Translations under genes and position numbers: made by a program
Notes under the pieces: generated by a model
Seen by the model: the letters and a program-made list of their open reading frames with translations, nothing else
The model's database searches: none
What the model was told of the DNA's origin: nothing
Source: a bacterium
GTDB lineage: Bacteria > 4484-113 > JAGGVC01
Assembly: GCA_021158185.1 (NCBI GenBank)
Contig: JAGGVC010000126.1
Coordinates: 10,689 to 74,688 of the forward strand
DNA: 64,000 bases
Reading direction: 5' to 3'
In this document: positions 1 to 8,082 of the stretch, in pieces
How the letters are laid out: the number at the start of each line of letters is the position of its first letter
Numbering within the stretch: position 1 is the first letter of the stretch

Positions 1-1071
1 AGGCATAATGCCCTCTTTGCAGGATCGAATGTAAGGGAAGCAATTTGGGAAGGAAGGGCGGATTGGACTCCGATATTTCTCGGCGAAGTGCCATTGCTGT
101 GGGAAAGAGGCATGATGCCGCTCGATGTATCGCTGATTCACTGTACACCTCCGGACGAACATGGTTTCTGCAGTCTCGGAGTGGGTGTTGATATGACGCT
201 CTCCGCTGTGAGATGCTCGCGATACGTGATAGCGCAGGTGAATCCGCAGATGCCGCGTACGCTCGGCGATGCTTTTGTGCACGTGAATAAGATTACTCAC
301 GCGGTCGAGGTGAACGAGCCGATAGTCGAGGTTCCGCAGGTTACTGAATTTACCGACGTTCATCGCAAGATAGGCAAGTACGTAGCAGATGTAATCGAAG
401 ACGGCTCCTGCCTTCAAATGGGTATAGGGGCCATTCCGGACGCCGTTCTGAACTACCTGAAGGAAAAAAAAGATCTTGGGATTCATACGGAGATGTTCGC
501 GGACGGAGTTAAGGAACTTTTTGAAAGCGGCGTAATAAATTGCGAGAAGAAAAACATCCATACGGGCAAGATCGTTGCAAGCTTCCTGATGGGGACGAAG
601 TCGCTTTACGATTTCGTGGACAATAATCCTTTCGTCGAGATGCACCCGACGGAATACGTGAACGACCCGTTCATTATCGCACAGAACAACAAGATGATTT
701 CGATCAACAGCGCTATCGCAATCGATATTACCGGTCAGATTTGCAGCGATTCAATCGGAAAGCAGATATATTCGGGCTTTGGCGGGCAGGTGGATTTCGT
801 ACGGGGCGCATCGAGAAGCGAGGGTGGAAAAGCTATAATAGGGTTTCCCTCAACGGCAAAGGATAAATCGAGAATCGTGCCGCACCTGGAGCCGGGTGCG
901 GGAGTTGTAACCAGCCGCGCGGATGCTCACTATGTAGCAACCGAATACGGCATTGTTGACCTGTTCGGTAAGAATTTGCGCCAAAGGGCTGAGGCACTAA
1001 TCAGCATTGCACATCCAAAATTCAGAGAGATGCTAGAATGCGAGGCTCGCGAACGAAATCTGATGGAATAG
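1..1071 (+). CDS. Acetyl-CoA hydrolase/transferase family protein (4-hydroxybutyrate / succinyl-CoA:acetate CoA-transferase-like); the 5' end is cut by the window edge
   Basis: Frame 1 is open from base 1 (RHNALFAGSNVREAIWEGRADWTPIFLGEVP...) and runs into the listed ORF 88..1071. The C-terminal half shows the typical CoA-transferase GxGG and IDITGQ stretches, so the gene starts upstream of the window. Confidence 0.65.
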   Translation, partial: RHNALFAGSNVREAIWEGRADWTPIFLGEVPLLWERGMMPLDVSLIHCTPPDEHGFCSLGVGVDMTLSAVRCSRYVIAQVNPQMPRTLGDAFVHVNKITHAVEVNEPIVEVPQVTEFTDVHRKIGKYVADVIEDGSCLQMGIGAIPDAVLNYLKEKKDLGIHTEMFADGVKELFESGVINCEKKNIHTGKIVASFLMGTKSLYDFVDNNPFVEMHPTEYVNDPFIIAQNNKMISINSAIAIDITGQICSDSIGKQIYSGFGGQVDFVRGASRSEGGKAIIGFPSTAKDKSRIVPHLEPGAGVVTSRADAHYVATEYGIVDLFGKNLRQRAEALISIAHPKFREMLECEARERNLME

Positions 1072-1160
1072 ATCACATTTGATTTGCCGACAACTTTATG
1101 TGGTAAGATAGCATCCGGCAGGAGTGCAGCCCGGGTCTTTTCCGCTCTGCATACATTCAT

Positions 1161-2021
1161 ATGGATTTTGGCGTATCAACATTAATTGATTTCAACGTTC
1201 CTTTCGAAGCGCGTCTTGATTTGTTCAAGTCAGCGGGAATGAAACGAATCGCGATTTCAGAGGAGCGAAGCCTGCCACTATCGCAGCCCGATTCGCTCAG
1301 GTTCGTGAAGGACGCGCTCCGGAAGCGCTCTCTCTCGGTGGAGCACGTTCATGGGCCGATTTCGACGAGACTGGATTTTACAAGTTCTGATCGGGATATC
1401 GTTGACGGTACGCTTGCGATACATCGCCAAGTAGTGCGTGCCACAGCGGAGCTGGGTTCATCTATGCTCGTAGTCCACGTTTCGAGCTATCCTGATCTTG
1501 AGTATCAGGATCTTTACGAAACCACCAAACGCGCCATCGGGCATCTACTCGATCTGATCGAATATGCAAGACCATTCGGAGTAGATATAGTTATTGAAAA
1601 CCAGCCGTACAGGTATCGTAGCGAGCGCGTGATCGATCAGATTATCGAGGAATTTCCAAAATCCGAGCTCAAGGTCTGTATCGATACATGCCACATCGTA
1701 ATGGGGAATCCGGAGCCACTTCTGCTCCTGGAGAATTGGGCGGAGTATATCGTGACGACTCATTTGAGCGATTCAAACGGTCTTGCAGATGAGCATTTGA
1801 TCCCGGGATCGGGACAGTTTCCGTGGACGGAAGGAATTGCGATATTGAAGAATGCGGGGCGTATCAAATTTCTGACTTTCGAGAATTCAAGCTGGGGAGC
1901 CGAGTCCTTCGAGCCGTATCTAGAGCGTACATTGCTTGCCGGGGAATGGCTGTGCCAGCTTTGGGAAAAGGTTGATGCGCATACTGCTGATGTTGCGTCT
2001 CCTCGGATCAGAGCTAAATGA
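1161..2021 (+). CDS. Sugar phosphate isomerase/epimerase (xylose-isomerase-like TIM barrel) family protein
   Basis: 286 aa with the TIM-barrel motifs of the AP-endonuclease-2 / sugar-phosphate isomerase family (VIENQPY, CIDTCH, THLSD). Confidence 0.5.
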   Translation: MDFGVSTLIDFNVPFEARLDLFKSAGMKRIAISEERSLPLSQPDSLRFVKDALRKRSLSVEHVHGPISTRLDFTSSDRDIVDGTLAIHRQVVRATAELGSSMLVVHVSSYPDLEYQDLYETTKRAIGHLLDLIEYARPFGVDIVIENQPYRYRSERVIDQIIEEFPKSELKVCIDTCHIVMGNPEPLLLLENWAEYIVTTHLSDSNGLADEHLIPGSGQFPWTEGIAILKNAGRIKFLTFENSSWGAESFEPYLERTLLAGEWLCQLWEKVDAHTADVASPRIRAK

Positions 2022-2081
2022 CCACCGCCAAGTTACCTGAGTCGGAGAGAAAGAAAGCCTCTGTGTGAGCAGCTAAAAGCT

Positions 2082-2573
2082 ATGATTGCCGGTAGAATCT
2101 TCAAGTATGGTGACGATGTCAACACGGACGTTATTTTTCCCGGCAAATATACCTATACCGTAACCGATCCCAAAGAGATGGCGACGCATGCGTTCGAGGA
2201 TCTCGACAGTGAATTCGTGAAAAAGGTGAAGCCGGGCAGTGTGATCGTCGCAGGAAAGAACTTCGGGTGCGGATCGAGCCGAGAGCAGGCCGCCGTATGT
2301 CTGGTTGAGTGCCGCGTAGGAGCGGTAGTCGCCAAGAGCTTCGCGCGTATCTACTTCAGAAATGCGATCAACTGCGGGCTTGCAGTAATCGTGTGCCCCG
2401 AAGCGGTGGACGCCGCGGAAGATGGCGGCGAAATTGAAATTGATATGGCAAATGGCACTATTGCATTAGCGGGGGAGTTGTTTCGATTCGCGCCGCTGCC
2501 GTCTGAAGTTAAGGAAATCCTCGATGCAGGCGGACTGATTCCGTTTATCAAGGCTAAGTTCGCAGGCGGGTAG
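2082..2573 (+). CDS. 3-isopropylmalate dehydratase small subunit-like protein (LeuD / aconitase swivel domain)
   Basis: 163 aa matching the LeuD fold (GDDVNTDVIFPGKY, GKNFGCGSSREQAA, YFRNAINCGL). No large-subunit gene is adjacent. Confidence 0.65.
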   Translation: MIAGRIFKYGDDVNTDVIFPGKYTYTVTDPKEMATHAFEDLDSEFVKKVKPGSVIVAGKNFGCGSSREQAAVCLVECRVGAVVAKSFARIYFRNAINCGLAVIVCPEAVDAAEDGGEIEIDMANGTIALAGELFRFAPLPSEVKEILDAGGLIPFIKAKFAGG

Positions 2574-2650
2574 CTGAGAAACCTGATGACCAAAATAAAT
2601 TAAGAATGCTGACCGCATCTCGTTAGATCCTGCATCACAAGATCCATGCA

Positions 2651-3337
2651 CTATTCAGGACTCAACGGAGACCCACTTATTTCCCGATAGCTGACCCCTC
2701 GCTCGCCGAATATGCTCTCGTAAAGAACAACGCTTGCGAACCTTGCCGTGACAGGTTCGAAGTGAAAAGGGCTTTTCTCGATCTGTTTATCGATTGAACC
2801 GGAAATATCCTGAGTGTTCCGGTTTGCCCAGACGCGATTCAGACGACGAATTTTATTGAGGTTCTTTTCGTTGCGCGCGGACGGTGAATCACCTCGTCGC
2901 AGTTTTTTGAACCTGGCGAGAGTGAGGTGCGGTGTGAATGGCCTGTCATCGGGCTTCACCCATCTCGATGTCGCCTGCCTGAATAAAAATGCAAGGTCGG
3001 AAAGTGTGCCGCGGAGCGAGCGTTCAAGCTCTGCGGACAGAAAGAGCACGCGCGGAAAGCGCGGCTTGCCGAAGAAGCTCAATCGGTCGAAGCGTAATGA
3101 AAATGCGGGGTACATGGATGGAATTGATTCAGTCGCAGTGAGGATGTTGGGAATCTCGGATGCTTCGACCTCACCAATAAAGTTCAGAGTAATATGGAGA
3201 TTATCTGAAGGAACCCACCTGGCATCGTCGAAGTGCTGCATTAGTTCCTTGGATAGGCTGGCAAGTTCGGTGCGCGCACCGCTGTTGATCGGCAGTGCGA
3301 AGAAGATTCTTTTGAAGCCCGGCTCAATCTTCGGCAT
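2651..3337 (-). CDS. thpR: RNA 2',3'-cyclic phosphodiesterase / 2'-5' RNA ligase (2H phosphoesterase, LigT/ThpR)
   Basis: Two H-x-T/S-x motifs (HITLNFIG and HLTLARF) typical of the 2H family. The likely start is the internal Met (MPKIEPGF) rather than the TTG at 3382. Confidence 0.65.
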   Translation of the reverse strand: MPKIEPGFKRIFFALPINSGARTELASLSKELMQHFDDARWVPSDNLHITLNFIGEVEASEIPNILTATESIPSMYPAFSLRFDRLSFFGKPRFPRVLFLSAELERSLRGTLSDLAFLFRQATSRWVKPDDRPFTPHLTLARFKKLRRGDSPSARNEKNLNKIRRLNRVWANRNTQDISGSIDKQIEKSPFHFEPVTARFASVVLYESIFGERGVSYREISGSPLSPE

Positions 3338-3460
3338 TTCACGCCTCGATCTGGTATGAAAATTGCAGGAAGGCTGAATCAATCAGACGAGAACACCGGT
3401 TCTTGTCAGTCCTGCTTTTGAATCAATCCAAGTTACAAACAAATGTGCTTCAGTATTGAG

Positions 3461-5587
3461 CTATTCGCCGTTCGATTTGGTCTTGACGATATTGATGGGA
3501 AGCATGTACATATCGTATATCACGTAGTCCATCGGGATTGTAACTTTGATTTCCTTTTCTTCGTCGGGATGTAGATCGTCTGTGGGAATGCCTTGAGATT
3601 CGGCCTGCTGTTCTTCCGGCGTGGGCGGACGCGGTATTACGACCATGAGCTGGTTGTTTTTCTCGCCTTTCTTTATTTTCTCAAGAGTTTCGTCTACCTT
3701 GAGTATTTCAGGGCCGAGCGGGAGAGGGCCCGCGGAAATAGGGAAGAGCACGGTGCCTTTACCGCCGTATTCGTTGTAAATGCTTACGAGACCGCCGCCG
3801 CCCTGCACGATGAGCGATGTCTGACCTTCAGGGAAATCGCGCGGTATTCTGATCATTAACTCCTGCTCAATCGTTTCACCGCGGTAAGGCTGCAGCGTCA
3901 CTTTGACGTTGACGATCTCTCCCGGCATGAATTCCTTGACTTCAAGGTCCGGAGGAGGTGCCTCTTCTTCCGCTGCCGTGATATCTGGAGCCATTTCAGC
4001 TTCTGCTTGCATGTTTGCCGCTTCGCTCTCGGTATCAATGTTTTCGCTGCCATTCTGTGCTTGTTCGGTTGTTTCGGGCTCAACGTTACCTTCAACTTCT
4101 GATTCCTGTTGTTCCTCTGCGTCGGGATCGATGATTTCAGCTTTGTCCACGCTTGCATTGATACGGTTATTGGTTACCTCAAAGTCAATGCTGAATGTAT
4201 TGATTCGGATGTCGCGATAGTTGTTGAAAAGAATGAACGCAGCTGTGGGGAGGGCTTCTGCGGCCACGAATGAGGCCGCGTTGAAATTGTCATAGAAGTA
4301 GTTCTCGCGCTCGAAAGTCTCTTCAAGTTCGTCCGATTCAATTCTATAGGTGATTTTTATCGTTCCGCCGCCATCACGATCAAGCATCTGGTAGTAGGAC
4401 ATCATCGTAACCATATAAAGCAGCGTTTCGAAAAGGTCTTCGTCACGAATAATCTTGTACACGTAGGTTTTTTTTTGGTTCAGGTCAATATCCTTGATGT
4501 TTATCCTGACATCGATCATGTCAGGCTGAAGGCCGACGATTCCTCCGACTGCTGCCGCGTGATCGTAAGTTAACGTTCCGACCTGGTTCAGCATATAGCC
4601 GTCCTTGAAGCCGCGCATGATGTCGCTGTATGTGTACGAGATATAGGCCTTGCCGAACGGCATGTTGATAATGCCGTCCTGAAACATACCGTGTCCGAAT
4701 GCAAGAATGCGATTCTGGTCGTCGATATATGTGAGAGTTCCTATCCCTGCAAGATCGAAGTCTCCTGTTACAAAGGCGATTGCGAGCGCATCACCGGGCT
4801 GAAGTGTGTTGATGTCGCCCTGTTCTTTGAGAAGGCCGTAGCCTTTCGGTCCCGCGCCGGACGGACCTTGCGCAAGCGTAAAGCCGGAAAGCTTGGAGTT
4901 GCCCTTGAGGATTGGCTCAACCATATCGAAAGTACGTGCGCTAACACCGCCCACGAGAAGCCTTCCCTTCAGTGGAACAGCATAAACGGGAGCGACTGGC
5001 GCTGTTCTAACGGCATTCATTTTAGCGGCATAATCCCAGTCATTCGTGTGGATGACCGAAGGAGCTTCCGTCTCGTTGTTTTCCTCATCCGAGTCGGAAG
5101 GGATGACTGGCCCGCCGGGGCCTGTTGAAAACTGAGTGAATGCGGGAGGCAGTACTGTATTTTCGCTGTAATCACGTTCCTCACCCTGATCGAGAGCTTT
5201 GAGCATCGAGATGATCGGTGTGGCCCCGCAGATATGAGTGTCGGTGCCCGGTATCGCGGAGCTTATTGCCCCTGCAAGCTTGCCCTCGAAGTAAATGGGG
5301 CTGCCCGAATAACCTGCGGCGATTCCATTGGAGAAATCAACGGCTGCACCGGTTACTTTGAGGAGGATCATCGCACCGGCGTCGAACCCGCCCTCCGGAA
5401 TGACATCGATAACTTCGATGTCGAATTCGTCGATTCGGGTTCCTTCGATTACGGTTTTTCCTGTGCCTGCAAGCCCCGGATAGATATCTTCAACGGCGAA
5501 AAAATCGCTTGCGTACGCATTTGATTGGATCAGCACAAAGGCCAAAAGAAGCACAGACAATGAAAACATGATTCTGAGTTTGTTCAT
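3461..5587 (-). CDS. Secreted peptidase S55 (SpoIVB-like) family protein with an acidic low-complexity linker and a C-terminal domain
   Basis: Signal peptide MNKLRIMFSLSVLLLAFVLIQSNAYA. GYSGSPIY matches the S55 catalytic Ser motif (GxSGSP). TLTYIDDQNRILAFGHGM matches the SpoIVB His motif (TYID...ALGHGI). A Glu/Asp-rich linker lies at about aa 470-540. Confidence 0.5.
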   Translation of the reverse strand: MNKLRIMFSLSVLLLAFVLIQSNAYASDFFAVEDIYPGLAGTGKTVIEGTRIDEFDIEVIDVIPEGGFDAGAMILLKVTGAAVDFSNGIAAGYSGSPIYFEGKLAGAISSAIPGTDTHICGATPIISMLKALDQGEERDYSENTVLPPAFTQFSTGPGGPVIPSDSDEENNETEAPSVIHTNDWDYAAKMNAVRTAPVAPVYAVPLKGRLLVGGVSARTFDMVEPILKGNSKLSGFTLAQGPSGAGPKGYGLLKEQGDINTLQPGDALAIAFVTGDFDLAGIGTLTYIDDQNRILAFGHGMFQDGIINMPFGKAYISYTYSDIMRGFKDGYMLNQVGTLTYDHAAAVGGIVGLQPDMIDVRINIKDIDLNQKKTYVYKIIRDEDLFETLLYMVTMMSYYQMLDRDGGGTIKITYRIESDELEETFERENYFYDNFNAASFVAAEALPTAAFILFNNYRDIRINTFSIDFEVTNNRINASVDKAEIIDPDAEEQQESEVEGNVEPETTEQAQNGSENIDTESEAANMQAEAEMAPDITAAEEEAPPPDLEVKEFMPGEIVNVKVTLQPYRGETIEQELMIRIPRDFPEGQTSLIVQGGGGLVSIYNEYGGKGTVLFPISAGPLPLGPEILKVDETLEKIKKGEKNNQLMVVIPRPPTPEEQQAESQGIPTDDLHPDEEKEIKVTIPMDYVIYDMYMLPINIVKTKSNGE

Positions 5588-6420
5588 AATCAGCTCCTGA
5601 TTGGAAAAACAGAACAGAGTTTGTGTTGTCAGCTGCTAACTGTCAACAGGGAATTTATACCCTAAATACCTTGTTCTTTGTAGCTTTTGACTTGCAGGGA
5701 ATGCATTTTGCGTAAATCAATAATTTCACATATCGGGTTCACAAGCATCTTCATGCGAGCAGAAATGCGCTTTTCAGCGTGTACGCAAGTGCTCGGTGGT
5801 TACCCGCTTGTCGTTTGTTTTTGCTGGGCCAAGGGCACACGAGGAGTAATGAGGTAGAGCGGGGGATGGATCAGGATTGCCATCCCAGGCGGAGCAAAGC
5901 ACAGTCGCCAATCCCAACACAATACATTTCGCCTGCACGTTACTCCGCCGGGGATGTTGCAACCCAGGTTGAAGAGAGTCTGAACATTTTTCAAAATGCT
6001 GCCAGTCTACTGATCTACTGAGAAATCTCAGCGAAGACCGGATGCATTTTCTTCTGCAGTGTCGCGTTATCCCGGGGGATGTTCGGGAGAATGAAACTGC
6101 ATGCCGAATTTTAATGTTCACCTGAAGGCAGCGCTTTCCGGGGAAAAACGTTGCCCTGTATCATTTAACCTGAGATAGAGCACTTTGGCTATAGGCTATG
6201 ACAGTGTTTCACAACAGAGACCATTTTTGACATGTCGGATGTCAGTGCGGTTTCGTAGCATTTGCCCATTCACGTTTGGTGATCAAAATCTTGTTTCCTC
6301 TGCTTCGCGCAGATTTACATTTCTTCTTTGTGCTTTCATAAGGTAGAATATATGCAGCAATTTTCCGGGTGTTGAAAGGTGCAGGTTGCCAGTTTATTCT
6401 GGTTATTGTGGGTGAGTGAA

Positions 6421-7983
6421 ATGGAATCATCATTAAGGATTGCTCGTTTTTGTTTTGTCTGCATTGCCGCGATTATGCTGGCGATTACTCTTCTGTCGTG
6501 CAAGGACGGCGGCGGAAGACTAGTCATTACCCAGCCCAGTGACTTGGTCAAGACCAATGCTACAGCAGTTTCACTCGGCGACGACAAGCCGATCGTTCTC
6601 GATTATGACCACGGGAGCGGAGCGACGCCGCAGGGATTTGTGCCCGTCGATTCGTTCGAGCTGGACAATTCCATCGCTGGCGAGTTCACAGCGGCAGTCG
6701 AAGTTACACTCGTTCTGACTGAAGGCGTTGCCCCTGGAACTTCGATTTACATCTACGAGATCATTAGAGCAACCGGCGCACTTATTCCTGTGGCAAGCTC
6801 GGTAGTCGGGGAGGATGGACGAACAATCGTCATTACTCTCAATCGGCAGGGAAGATACCTGGTGCTTATCCTAGCTGACCAGATGGATCCCGCGGCGCAG
6901 TTCGAGGTGTGGGCTTTCGCCGACTTCGCACTAGGGGAAGCGCCGCTGGAAATCAATTTCTTTGCTTTTGAAAGCGGTGGAATCGAGCCTATAACGTATC
7001 TTTGGGATTTCGGCGATGGCGGCGAAGGTGAAGGTTCGGTCGTTTCTCATTCGTACCTTGCGATGGGCGAGTACAACGTTGTGCTTACCGCGACGGACGA
7101 TTCCGGTCGAACAGCGGTCTTTGATTCCACATCCATCGAAATTACAGGTGAGCCTGCACCGCTCGATGTCGTACTTCAGAGTCCGCAGCCTACCGGGAAC
7201 GAAAGAGAGATGCAACTCATCGCAACGGTTTCCGGGGGCTTTGCACCGTTTACATACGAGTGGGATTTCGGCGACGGAACTGCGAGTGAAGAGCCGAACC
7301 CGATTCATACATATGCCGAGTCCGGTATTTTCGCAGTTAGCGTTACAGTGACAGATGCCTTTGGCTTCACATTCACGCCGGATTCACAGACAGCGGACGT
7401 AAGAAGCGCTTCGCTTGATGGTGCACCGCTTGCAGGTCAGCGTGAACTCGATGTTACGTTCGATGTATATGCCGCTGCTGACGATGACAACCCGACTGTC
7501 GTGTCGCTCGACTTTGGTGATGACAGCGGTCTATTTGTACTGAGCACGCTCACTGAAGAGGATCTCACCATTGACGAGCAGGTTCTACACACTTACCTTT
7601 TGCAGGGAACATATACGGCGACGTTGTTGATTTCTACGATGTGGCAGAGCGAAGCGCTGGAGATTCAAGATACCGTGCAGATTGTAGTCGGGCCTGGTAC
7701 TCCCGAGATTCTAGATGTTGCTCCTAATCCTGCCAGTTCGGGAGACCTGATTACCGTTACCGGCAGATTCTTCGAGGACGGCACGAACGGTACGCTCAGA
7801 TGGAGCGGCACGGACATCCCTACGGAAACCTGGTCCGATACCGAGATAACGTTTCTTGTTCCAGCGTCGTCCGTGGATGGTGTTGTAACTGTGGTAAATG
7901 AAGGGCTAGAGAGCATCGGCGCGGATTTGAAAGTGATACCGGATATTCCTGAGTGGGGCGAGGGTGGTCTAGGCCAGTTCTAG
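6421..7983 (+). CDS. Surface lipoprotein with two PKD domains and a C-terminal IPT/TIG domain
   Basis: Signal plus lipobox (…LAITLLSC). Two WDFGDG-type PKD repeats (YLWDFGDGGEG…, YEWDFGDGTAS…). The C-terminal IPT-like segment reads PEILDVAPNPASSGDLITVTGRFF. The ATG at 6421 is preferred over the GTG at 6379. Confidence 0.65.
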   Translation: MESSLRIARFCFVCIAAIMLAITLLSCKDGGGRLVITQPSDLVKTNATAVSLGDDKPIVLDYDHGSGATPQGFVPVDSFELDNSIAGEFTAAVEVTLVLTEGVAPGTSIYIYEIIRATGALIPVASSVVGEDGRTIVITLNRQGRYLVLILADQMDPAAQFEVWAFADFALGEAPLEINFFAFESGGIEPITYLWDFGDGGEGEGSVVSHSYLAMGEYNVVLTATDDSGRTAVFDSTSIEITGEPAPLDVVLQSPQPTGNEREMQLIATVSGGFAPFTYEWDFGDGTASEEPNPIHTYAESGIFAVSVTVTDAFGFTFTPDSQTADVRSASLDGAPLAGQRELDVTFDVYAAADDDNPTVVSLDFGDDSGLFVLSTLTEEDLTIDEQVLHTYLLQGTYTATLLISTMWQSEALEIQDTVQIVVGPGTPEILDVAPNPASSGDLITVTGRFFEDGTNGTLRWSGTDIPTETWSDTEITFLVPASSVDGVVTVVNEGLESIGADLKVIPDIPEWGEGGLGQF

Positions 7984-8082
7984 TATCAGCCAGCCCGGTT
8001 TTTTTGTGTTGCGCCGATTTACGAGGCGAATGTTGATTTGCTTCGATGAGGCGTTAGAGTTGATTAGTATTATTCCTGATCT

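Noticed and set aside
2814-3359. 181-aa plus-strand ORF.
   Set aside because: It is entirely antisense to the thpR gene and Arg/Ser-rich, so it is a shadow ORF.
3461-5587. Inferring sporulation capability from the SpoIVB-like, GerM-like, RemA and SpoIIE-like genes.
   Set aside because: These families also occur in non-sporulating bacteria. No core sporulation genes are in the window, and LPS heptose genes point to a diderm lifestyle.
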